A stretch of DNA of 64,000 nucleotides from Eledone cirrhosa (lineage: Eukaryota), in the NCBI GenBank assembly GCA_964016885.1, contig OZ024745.1, forward strand, positions 64,604,001 to 64,668,000, read 5' to 3'. A program made the translations under genes and the position numbers. The notes below the pieces were generated by a model. That model saw nothing but the letters and a program-made list of their open reading frames with translations, did not search any database and was not told where the DNA came from. Of this stretch, positions 1 through 12,350 are shown piece after piece. Each line of letters starts with the position of its first letter. Position 1 is the first letter of the stretch.

Positions 1-3000
1 TTTTTATTTGGGGGATCCATTTTTTATTTGGGGGATCCATTATTTATTTGGGTGATCCATTTTTTATTTGGGTGATCCATTTTTTATTTGGGTGATCCAT
101 TTTTTATTTGGGTGATCCATTTTTTATTTGGGTGATCCATTTTTTATTTGGGGGATCCATTTTTTATTTGGGTGATCCATTTTTTATTTGGGTGATCCAT
201 TTTTTATTTGAGGGATCCATTTTATATTTGGGTGATCCATTTTTTATATGGGTGATCCATTTTTTATTTGGGGGATCCATTTTTTATTTGGGGGATCCAT
301 TTTTTATTTGGGGGATCCATTTTTTATTTGGGGGATCCATTTTTTATTTCTGGGATCCATTTTTTATTTGGGTGATTCATTTTTTATTTGGGGGATCCAT
401 TTTTTATTTGGGTGATCCATTTTTTTTATTTGGGGGTCCATTTTTTATTTGGGTGATCCATTTTTTATTTGGATGATCCATTTTTTAATTGGGTGATCCA
501 TTTTTATTTGGGTGATCCATTTTTTACTTGGGGGATCCATTTTTTATTTGGGTGATCCATTTTTTATTTTGCTGATTCATTTTTTATTTGGGTGATCCAT
601 TTTTTATTTGGGGGATCCATTTTTTATTTGGGTGAACCATTTTTTATTTGGGAGATCCATTTTTTATTTGGGTGATCCATTTTTTATTTGGGTGATCCAT
701 TTTTTATTTGGGGGATCCATTTTTTATTTGGGTGATCCATTTTTTATTTGGGTGATCCATTTTTTATTTGGGGGATCCATTTTTTATTTGGGGGATCCAT
801 TTTTTATTTGGGTGATCCATTTTTATTTGGAGATCCATTTTGTATTTGGGTGATCCATTTTTTAATTGGGTGATCCATTTTTTATTTGGGTGATCCATTT
901 TTTATTTGGGGGATCCATTTTTTATTTGGGTGATCCATTTTTTATTTGGGTGGTCCATTTTTTATTTGGGTGATCCATTTTTTATTTGGGGGATCCATTT
1001 TTTATTTGGGTGATCCATTTTTTATTTGGGGATCCATTTTTTATTTGGGTGATCCATTTTTTATTTGGGTGATCCATTTTTTATTTGGGGGATCCATTTT
1101 TTATTTGGGTGATCCATTTTTTATTTGGGGGGGTCCATTTTTTATTTGGGGGATCCATTTTTATTTGGGTGATCCATTTTTTATTTGGGGGATCCATTTT
1201 TTATTTGGGTGATCCCTTTTTTATTTGGGGGATCCATTTTTTATTTGGGTGATCCATTTTTTATTTGGGGGATCCATTTTTTATTTGGGGGATTCATTTT
1301 TTATTTGGGTGATCCATTTTTTATTAGGGGGATCCATTTTTTATTTGGGTGATCCATTTTTATTTGGAGATCCATTTTTTATTTAGGTGATCCATTTTAT
1401 AATTGGGTGATCCATTTTTTATTTGGGGGATCCATTTTTTATTTGGGGGATCCATTATTTATTTGGGTGATCCATTTTTTATTTGGGTGATCCATTTTTT
1501 ATTTGGGTGGTCCATTTTTTATTTGGGTGCTCCATTTTTTATTTGGGTGATCCATTTTTTATTTGGGGGATCCATTTTTTATTTGGGTGATCCATTTTTT
1601 ATTTGGGGGATCCATTTTTTATTTGGGTGATCCATTTTTTATTTGGGGGATCCATTTTTTATTTCGGGGATCCATTTTTTATTTGGGTGATTCATTTTTT
1701 ATTTGGGGGATCCATTTTTTATTTTGGGTGATCCATTTTTTATTAGGGGGATCTATTTTTTATTTGGGTGATCCATTTTTATTTGTAGATCCATTTTTTA
1801 TTTGGGTGATCCATTTTTTAATTGGATGATCCATTTTTTATTTGGGGGATCCATTTTTTATTTGGGGGATCCATTATTTATTTGGGTGATCCATTTTTTA
1901 TTTGGGTGATCCATTTTTTGTTCGGGGGATCCATTTTTTATTTGGGTGATCCATTTTTTATTTGGGTGATCCATTTTTTAATTGGGGATCCATTTTTTAT
2001 TTAGTTGATCCATTTTTTAATTGGGTGATGCATTTTTTATTTGGGGGATCCATTTTTTATTTGGGGGATCCATTTTTTATTTGGGGGATCCATTGTTTAT
2101 TTGGGTGATCCATTTTTTATTTGGGTGATCCATTTTTTATTTGGGGGATCCATTTTGTATTTGGGTGATCCATTTTTTATTTGGGTGATCCATTTTTTAT
2201 TTGGGTGATCCATTTTTTATTTGTGGGATCCATTTTTTTATTTGGGTGATCCATTTTTTATTTGGGGGATCCATTTTTTATTTGGGTGATCCATTTTTTA
2301 TTTGGGTGATCCATTTTTTATTTGGGGGATCCATTTTTTATTTGGGTGATCCATTTTTTATTTGGGGGATCCATTTTTTATTTGGGGGATCCATTTTTTA
2401 TTTGGGTGATCCATTTTTTATATGGGTGATCCATTTTTTATTTGGGGAGGATCCATTTTTAATTTGGGTGATCCATTTTTTATTTGGGGGATCCATTTTT
2501 TATTTGGGTGATCCATATTTTATTTGGGGGATCCATTTTTTATTTGGGTGATCCATTTTTTATTTGGGTGATCCATTTTTTAATTGGGTGATCCATTTTT
2601 TATTTGGGGGATCCATTTTTTATTTGGGTGATCCATTTTTTAGTTGGGTGGTCCATTTTTTATTTGGGTGATCCATTTTTTATTTGGGGGATCCATTTTT
2701 TATTTGGGTGATCCATTTTTTATTTGGGGATCCATTTTTTATTTGGGTGATCCATTTTTTATTTGGGTGATCCATTTTTTATTTGGGGGATCCATTTTTT
2801 ATTTGGGTGATTCATTTTTTATTTGGGGGGTCCATTTTTTATTTGGGGGATCCATTTTTATTTGGGTGATCCATTTTTTATTTGGGGGATCCATTTTTTA
2901 TTTGGGTGATCCATTTTTTATTTGGGTTGATCCCTTTTTTATTTGGGGGATCCATTTTTTATTTGGGTGATCCATTTTTTATTTGGGGGATCCATTTTTT

Positions 3001-6000
3001 ATTTGGGTGATCCATTTTTTATTTGAGGGATCCATTTTATATTTGGGTGATCCATTTTTTATTTGGGGGATCCATTATTTATTTGGGTGATCCATTTTTT
3101 ATTTGGGTGATCCATTTTTTATTTGGGTGATCCATTTTTTATTTGGGTGATCCATTTTTTATTTGGGTGATACATTTTTTATTTGGGGGATCCATTTTTT
3201 ATTTGGGTGATCCATTTTTTATTTGGGTGATCCATTTTTTATTTGAGGGATCCATTTTATATTTGGGTGATCCATTTTTTATTTGGGTGATCCATTTTTT
3301 ATTTGGGGGATCCATTTTTTATTTGGGGGATCCATTTTTTATTTGGGGGATCCTTTTTTTATTTGGGGGATCCATTTTTTATTTCGGGGATCCATTTTTT
3401 ATTTGGGTGATTCATTTTTTATTTGGGGGATCCATTTTTTATTTGGGTGATCCATTTTTTTAATTTGGGGGTCCATTTTTTATTTGGGTGATCCATTTTT
3501 TATTTGGGTGATCCATTTTTTAATTGGGTGATCCATTTTTATTTGGGTGATCCATTATTTACTTGGGGGATCCATTTTTTATTTGGGTGATCCATTTTTT
3601 ATTTTGCTGATTCATTTTTTATTTGGGTGATCCATTTTTTATTTGGGGGATCCATTTTTTATTTGGGTGAACCATTTTTTATTTGGGGGATCCATTTTTT
3701 ATTTGGGTGATCCATTTTTTATTTGGGTGATCCATTTTTTATTTGGGGGATCCATTTTTTATTTGGGTGATCCATTTTTTATTTGGGTGATCCATTTTTT
3801 ATTTGGGGGATCCATTTTTTATTTGGGGGATCCATTTTTTATTTGGGTGATCCATTTTTATTTGGAGATCCATTTTGTATTTGGGTGATCCATTTTTTAA
3901 TTGGGTGATCCATTTTTTATTTGGGTGATCCATTTTTTATTTGGGGGATCCATTTTTTATTTGGGTGATCCATTTTTTATTTGGGTGGTCCATTTTTTAT
4001 TTGGGTGATCCATTTTTTATTTGGGGGATCAATTTTTTATTTGGGTGATCCATTTTTTATTTGGGGATCCATTTTTTATTTGGGTGATCCATTTTTTATT
4101 TGGGTGATCCATTTTTTATTTGGGGGATACATTTTTTATTTGGGTGATCCATTTTTTATTTGGGGGGTCCATTTTTTATTTGGGGGATCCATTTTTATTT
4201 GGGTGATCCATTTTTTATTTGGGGGATCCATTTTTTATTTGGGTGGTCCCTTTTTTATTTGGGGGATCCATTTTTTATTTGGGTGATCCATTTTTTATTT
4301 GGGGGATCCATTTTTTATTTGGGGGATTCATTTTTTATTTGGGTGATCCATTTTTTATTAGGGGGATCCTTTTTTTATTTGGGTGATCCATTTTTATTTG
4401 GAGATCCATTTTTTATTTAGGTGATCCATTTTATAATTGGGTGATCCATTTTTTATTTGGGGGATCCATTTTTTATTTGGAGGATCCATTATTTATTTGG
4501 GTGATCCATTTTTTATTTGGGTGATCCATTTTTTATTTGGGTGATCCATTTTTTATTTGGGTTGATCCCTTTTTTATTTGGGGGATCCATTTTTTATTTG
4601 GGTGATCCATTTTTTATTTTGGGGATCCATTTTTTATTTGGGTGATCCATTTTTTATTTGGGTGATCCATTTTTTATTTGAGGGACCCATTTTATATTTG
4701 GCTGATCCATTTTTTATTTGGGTGATCCATTTTTTATTTGGGGGATCCATTTTTTATTTGGGGGATCCATTTTTTATTTGGGGGATCCATTTTTTATTTG
4801 GGGGATCCATTTTTTATTTCGGGGATCCATTTTTTATTTGGGTGATTCATTTTTTATTTGGGGGATCCATTTTTTATTTGGGTGATCCATTTTTTTTATT
4901 TGGGGGTCCATTTTTTATTTGGGTGATCCATTTTTTATTTGGGTGATCCATTTTTTAATTGGGTGATCCATTTTTATTTGGGTGATCCATTTTTTACTTG
5001 GGGGATCCATTTTTTATTTGGGTGATCCATTTTTTATTTTGCTGATTCATTTTTTATTTGGGTGATCCATTTTTTATTTGGAGGATCCATTTTTTATTTG
5101 GGTGAACCATTTTTTATTTGGGGGATCCATTTTTTATTTGGGTGATCCATTTTTTATTTGGGTGATCCATTTTTTATTTGGGGGATCCATGTTTTATTTG
5201 GGTGATCCATTTTTTATTTGGGTGATCCATTTTTTATTTGGGGGATCCATTTTTTATTTGGGGGATCCATTTTTTATTTGGGTGATCCATTTTTATTTGG
5301 AGATCCATTTTGTATTTGGGTGATCCATTTTGTATTTGGGGGATCCATTTTTTAATTGGGTGATCCATTTTTTATTTGGGGGATCCATTTTTTATTTGGG
5401 GGATCCATTTTTTATTTGGGGGATCCATTGTTTATTTGGGTGATCCATTTTTTATTTGGGTGATCCATTTTTTATTTGGGGGATCCATTTTTTATTTGGG
5501 TGATCCATTTTTTATTTGGGTGATCCATTTTTTATTTGGGTGATCCATTTTTTATTTGTGGGATCCATTTTTTATTTGGGTGATCCATTTTTTATTTGGG
5601 GGATCCTTTTTTTATTTGGGTGATCCATTTTTTATTTGGGTGATCCATTTTTTATTTGGGGGATCCATTTTTTATTTGGGTGATCCATTTTTTATTTGGG
5701 TGATACATTTTTTATTTGGGGGATCCATTTTTTATTTGGGTGATCCATTTTTTATTTGGGGGATCCATTTTTTATTTGGGGGATCCATTTTTTATTTGGG
5801 TGATCCATTTTTTATTTGGGTGATCCATTTTTTATTTGGGGGGATCCATTTTTTATTTGGGTGATCCATTTTTTATTTGGGGGATCCATTTTTTATTTGG
5901 GTGATCCATTTTTTATTTGGGGGATCCATTTTTTATTTGGGTGATCCATTTTTTATTTGGGTGATCCATTTTTTAATTGGGTGATCCATTTTTTATTTGG

Positions 6001-7150
6001 GGGATCCATTTTTTATTTGGGTGATCCATTTTTTAGTTGGGTGGTCCATTTTTTATTTGGGTGATCCATTTTTTATTTGGGGGATCCATTTTTTATTTGG
6101 GTGATCCATTTTTTATTTGGGGATCCATTTTTTATTTGGGTGATCCATTTTTTATTTGGGTGATCCATTTTTTATTTGGGGGATCCATTTTTTATTTGGG
6201 TGATTCATTTTTTATTTGGGGGGTCCATTTTTTATTTGGGGGATCCATTTTTATTTGGGTGATCCATTTTTTATTTGGGGGATCCATTTTTTATTTGGGT
6301 GATCCATTTTTTATTTGGGTTGATCCCTTTTTTATTTGGGGGATCCATTTTTTATTTGGGTGATCCATTTTTTATTTGGAGGATCCACTTTTTATTTGGG
6401 TGATCCATTTTTTATTTGAGGGATCCATTTTATATTTGGGTGATCCATTTTTTATTTGGGGGATCCATTATTTATTTGGGTGATCCATTTTTTATTTGGG
6501 TGATCCATTTTTTATTTGGGTGATCCATTTTTTATTTGGGTGATCCATTTTTTATTTGGGTGATCCATTTTTTATTTGGGGGATCCATTTTTTATTTGGG
6601 TGATCCATTTTTTATTTGGGTGATCCATTTTTTATTTGGGGGATCCATTTTTTATTTGGGGATCCATTTTCTATTTGGGGGATCCATTTTTTATTTGGGG
6701 GATCCATTTTTTATTTGGGTGATCCATTTTTTAATTGGGTGATCCATCTTTATTTGGGTGATCCATTTTTTACTTGGGGGATCCATTTTTTATTTGGGTG
6801 ATCCATTTTTTATTTTGATGATTCATTTTTTATTTGGGTGATCCATTTTTTATTTGGGGGATCCATTTTTTATTTGGGTGAACCATTTTTTATTTGGGGG
6901 ATCCATCTTTTATTTGGGTGATCCATTTTTTATTTGGGTGATCCATTTTTTATTTGGGGGATCCATTTTTTATTTGGGTGATCCATTTTTTATTTGGGTG
7001 ATCCATTTTTTATTTGGGGGATCCATTTTTTATTTGGGGGATCCATTTTTTATTTGGGTGATCCATTTTTATTTGGAGATCCATTTTGTATTTGGGTGAT
7101 CCATTTTTTAATTGGGTGATCCATTTTTTATTTGGGTGATCCATTTTTTA
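1..7150 (+). repeat. Segmental duplicate A, copy 1 (matches ~16512-23640)
   Basis: ORF-track entries recur in order at offsets 16511, 16451, 16429 and 16490 (108/16619, 946/17397, 2644/19073, 6854/23344). Shared rare variants include TTTCTGGGATCC (~347/~16858), GGGTGCTCC (~1525/~17977), CCATGTTT (~5188/~21617) and TTTGATGATTC (~6814/~23304). Confidence 0.9.
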
Positions 7151-10100
7151 TTTGGGTGATCCATTTTTTATTTGGGGGGATCCATTTTTAATTTGGGTGA
7201 TCCATTTTTTATTTGGGGGATCCATTTTTTATTTGGGTGATCCATTTTTTATTTGGGGGATCCATTTTTTATTTGGGGGTCCATTTTTTATTTGGGGGAT
7301 CCATTTTTATTTGGGTGATCCATTTTTTATTTGGGGGATCCATTTTTTATTTGGGTGATCCATTTTTTATTTGGGTTGATCCCTTTTTTATTTGGGGGAT
7401 CCATTTTTTATTTGGGTGATCCATTTTTTATTTGGGGTATCCATTTTTTATTTGGGGGATCCATTTTTTATTTGGTTGATCCATTTTTTATTAGGGGGAT
7501 CCATTTTTTATTTGGGTGATCCATTTTAATTTGGAGATCCATTTTTTGTTTAGGTGATCCATTTTATAATTGGGTGATCCATTTTTTATTTGGGGGATCC
7601 ATTTTTTATTTGGGGGATCCATTATTTATTTGGGTGATCCATTTTTTATTTGGGTGATCCATTTTTTATTTGGGTGATCCATTTTTTATTTGGGTGATCC
7701 ATTTTTTATTTGGGTGATCCATTTTTTTTTTGGGGGATCCATTTTTTATTTGGGTGATCCATTTTTTATTTGGGTGATCCATTTTTTATTTGAGGGATCC
7801 ATTTTATATTTGGGTGATCCATTTTTTATTTGGGTGATCCATTTTTTATTTGGGGGATCCATTTTTTATTTGGGGGATCCATTTTTTATTTGGGGGATCC
7901 TTTTTTTATTTGGGGGATCCATTTTTTATTTCGGGGATCCATTTTTTATTTGGGTGATTCATTTTTTATTTGGGGGATCCATTTTTTATTTGGGTGATCC
8001 ATTTTTTTTATTTGGGGGTCCATTTTTTATTTGGGTGATCCATTTTTTATTTGGATGATCCATTTTTTAATTGGGTGATCCATTTTTATTTGGGTGATCC
8101 ATTTTTTACTTGGGGGATCCATTTTTTATTTGGGTGATCCATTTTTTATTTTGCTGATTCATTTTTTATTTGGGTGATCCATTTTTTATTTCGGGGATCC
8201 ATTTTTTATTTGGGTGATCCATTTTTATTTGGAGATTCATTTTGTATTTGGGTGAACCATTTTTTATTTGGGAGATCCATTTTTTATTTGGGTGATCCAT
8301 TTTTTATTTGGGTGATCCATTTTTTATTTGGGGGATCCATTTTTTATTTGGGTGATCCATTTTTTAATTGGGTGATCCATTTTTTATTTGGGGGATCCAT
8401 TTTTTATTTCGGGGATCCATTTTTTATTTGGGTGATCCATTTTTATTTGGAGATTCATTTTGTATTTGGGTGATCCATTTTTTAATTGGGTGATCCATTT
8501 TTTATTTGGGTGACCCATTTTTTATTTGGGGGATCCATTTTTTATTTGGGTGATCCATTTTTTATTTGGGTGGTCCATTTTTTATTTGGGTGATCCATTT
8601 TTTATTTGGGGGATCCATTTTTTATTTGGGTGATCCATTTTTTATTTGGGGATCCATTTTTTATTTGGGTGATCCATTTTTTATTTGGGTGATCCATTTT
8701 TTATTTGGGGGATACATTTTTTATTTGGGTGATCCATTTTTTATTTGGGGGGGTCCATTTTTTATTTGGGGGATCCATTTTTATTTGGGTGATCCATTTT
8801 TTATTTGGGGGATCCATTTTTTATTTGGGTGATCCCTTTTTTATTTGGGGGATCCATTTTTTATTTGGGTGATCCATTTTTTATTTGGGGGATCCATTTT
8901 TTATTTGGGGGATTCATTTTTTATTTGGGTGATCCATTTTTTATTAGGGGGATCCATTTTTTATTAGGGGGATCCATTTTTTATTTGGTTGATCCATTTT
9001 TATTTGGAGATCCATTTTTTATCTAGGTGATCCATTTTATAATTGGGTGATCCATTTTTTATTTGGGGGATCCATTATTTATTTGGGTGATCCATTTTTT
9101 ATTTGGGTGATCCATTTTTTATTTGGGTGATCCATTTTTTATTTGGGTGATCCATTCTTTATTTGGGTGATCCATTTTTTATTTGGGGGATCCATTTTTT
9201 ATTTGGGTGATCCATTTTTTATTTGGGGGTTCCATTTTTTATTTGGGTGATCCATTTTTTATTTGGGGGATCAATTTTTTATTTCGAGGATCCATTTTTT
9301 ATTTGGGTGATTCATTTTTTATTTGGGGGATCCATTTTTTATTTTGGGTGATCCATTTTTTATTAGGGGGATCCATTTTTTATTTGGGTGATCCATTTTT
9401 ATTTGTAGATCCATTTTTTATTTGGGTGATCCATTTTTTAATTGGATGATCCATTTTTTATTTGGGGGATCCATTTTTTATTTGGGGGATCCATTATTTA
9501 TTTGGGTGATCCATTTTTTATTTGGGTGATCCATTTTTTATTCGGGGGATCCATTTTTTATTTGGGTGATCCATTTTTTATTTGGGTGATCCATTTTTTA
9601 ATTGGGGATCCATTTTTTATTTAGTTGATCCACTTTTTAATTGGGTGATGCATTTTTTATTTGGGGGATCCATTTTTTATTTGGGGGATCCATTTTTTAT
9701 TTGGGGGATCCATTGTTTATTTGGGTGATCCATTTTTTATTTGGGTGATCCATTTTTTATTTGTGGGATCCATTTTGTATTTGGGTGATCCATTTTTTAT
9801 TTGGGTGATCCATTTTTTATTTGGGTGATCCATTTTTTATTTGTGGGATCCATTTTTTATTTGGGTGAACCATTTTTTATTTGGGGGATCCTTTTTTTAT
9901 TTGGGTGATCCATTTTTTATTTGGGTGATCCATTTTTTATTTGGGGGATCCATTTTTTATTTGGGTGATCCATTTTTTATTTGGGTGATCCATTTTTTAT
10001 TTGGGGGATCCATTTTTTATTTGGGTGATCCATTTTTATTTGGAGATCCATTTTGTATTTGGGTGATCCATTTTTTAATTGGGTGATCCATTTTTTATTT

Positions 10101-12350
10101 GGGTGATCCATTTTTTATTTGGGTGATCCATTTTTTATTTGGGGGATCCATTTTTTATTTGGGTGATCCATTTTTTAATTGGGTGATCCATTTTTTATTT
10201 GGGGGATCCATTTTTTATTTGGGTGATCCATTTTTTATTTGGGTGATCCATTTTTTATTTGGGGGATCCATTTTTTATTTGGGGGATCCATTTTTTATTT
10301 GGGTGATCCATTTTTTATTTGGGTGATCCATTTTTTATTTGGGGGGATCTATTTTTAATTTCGGTGATCTATTTTTTATTTGGGGGATCCATTTTTTATT
10401 TGGGTGATCCATTTTTTATTTGGGGGATCCATTTTTTATTTGGGTGATCCATTTTTTATTTGGGTGATCCATTTTTTAATTGGGTGATCCATTTTTTATT
10501 TGGGGGATCCATTTTTTATTTGGGTGATCCATTTTTTATTTGGGTGGTCCATTTTTTATTTGGGTGATCCATTTTTTATTTGGGGGATCCATTTTTTATT
10601 TGGGTGATCCATTTTTTATTTGGGGATCCATTTTTTATTTGGGTGATCCATTTTTTATTTGGGTGATCCATTTTTTATTTGGGGGATCCATTTTTTATTT
10701 GGGTGATCCATTTTTAATTTGGGGGTCCATTGTTTATTTGGGTGATCCATTTTTTATTTGGGTGATCCATTTTTTATTTGTGGGATCCATTTTGTATTTG
10801 GGTGATCCATTTTTTATTTGGGTGATCCATTTTTTATTTGGGTGATCCATTTTTTATTTGTGGGATCCATTTTTTATTTGGGTGAACCATTTTTTATTTG
10901 GGGGATCCTTTTTTTATTTGGGTGATCCATTTTTTATTTGGGTGATCCATTTTTTATTTGGGGGATCCATTTTTTATTTGGGTGATCCATTTTTTATTTG
11001 GGTGATCCATTTTTTATTTGGGGGATCCATTTTTTATTTGGGTGATCCATTTTTATTTGGAGATCCATTTTGTATTTGGGTGATCCATTTTTTAATTGGG
11101 TGATCCATTTTTTATTTGGGTGATCCATTTTTTATTTGGGTGATCCATTTTTTATTTGGGGGATCCATTTTTTATTTGGGTGATCCATTTTTTAATTGGG
11201 TGATCCATTTTTTATTTGGGGGATCCATTTTTTATTTGGGTGATCCATTTTTTATTTGGGTGATCCATTTTTTATTTGGGGGATCCATTTTTTATTTGGG
11301 GGATCCATTTTTTATTTGGGTGATCCATTTTTTATTTGGGTGATCCATTTTTTATTTGGGGGGATCCATTTTTTATTTCGGTGATCTATTTTTTATTTGG
11401 GGGATCCATTTTTTATTTGGGTGATCCATTTTTTATTTGGGGGATCCATTTTTTATTTGGGTGATCCATTTTTTATTTGGGTGATCCATTTTTTAATTGG
11501 GTGATCCATTTTTTATTTGGGGGATCCATTTTTTATTTGGGTGATCCATTTTTTATTTGGGTGGTCCATTTTTTATTTGGGTGATCCATTTTTTATTTGG
11601 GGGATCCATTTTTTATTTGGGTGATCCATTTTTTATTTGGGGATCCATTTTTTATTTGGGTGATCCATTTTTTATTTGGGTGATCCATTTTTTATTTGGG
11701 GGATCCATTTTTTATTTGGGTGATCCATTTTTAATTTGGGGGTCCATTTTTTATTTGGGGGATCCATTTTTATTTGGGTGATCCATTTTTTATTTTGGGG
11801 ATCCATTTTTTATTTGGGTGATCCATTTTTTATTTGGGTTGATCCCTTTTTTATTTGGGGGATCCATTTTTTATTTGTGTGATCCATTTTTTATTTGGGG
11901 GATCCATTTTTTATTTGGGGGATCCATTTTTTATTTGGTTGATCCATTTTTTATTAGGGGGATCCATTTTTTATTTGGGTGATCCATTTTAATTTGGAGA
12001 TCCATTTTTTGTTTAGGTGATCCATTTTATAATTGGGTGATCCATTTTTTATTTGGGGGATCCATTTTTTATTTGGGGGATCCATTATTTATTTGGGTGA
12101 TCCATTTTTTATTTGGGTGATCCATTTTTTATTTGGGTGATCCATTTTTTATTTGGGTGATCCATTTTTTATTTGGGTGATCCATTTTTTATTTGGGGGA
12201 TCCATTTTTTATTTGGGTGATCCATTTTTTATTTGGGTGATCCATTTTTTATTTGAGGGATCCATTTTATATTTGGGTGATCCATTTTTTATTTGGGTGA
12301 TCCATTTTTTATTTGGGGGATCCATTTTTTATTTGGGGGATCCATTTTTT
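7150..12350 (+). repeat. Segmental duplicate B (matches ~53815-58975 and ~29230-35700)
   Basis: ORF offsets 46664/46625 (7152/53816, 9442/56067, 12153/58778) and 22077/22040 (7152/29229, 10540/32580). Shared variants include ATCTAGGTG, TTTCGAGGATCC and GGATCTATTTTTAATTTCGGTGATCT. Confidence 0.85.
9711..11744 (+). repeat. 1017-bp (~51-monomer) direct tandem duplication
   Basis: ORF pairs 9841/10858, 10099/11116 and 10540/11557 all have offset 1017. Marker CATTGTTT lies at 9711 and 10728. The same duplication is present at 56466/57483. Confidence 0.88.

Noticed and set aside
456-475. Hairpin ATCCA-loop-TGG(A/G)T as an intrinsic terminator or structured RNA
   Set aside because: The stem is only 5 bp with a 9-nt loop and is perfect only in rare TGGAT variants, so it is too weak to call.
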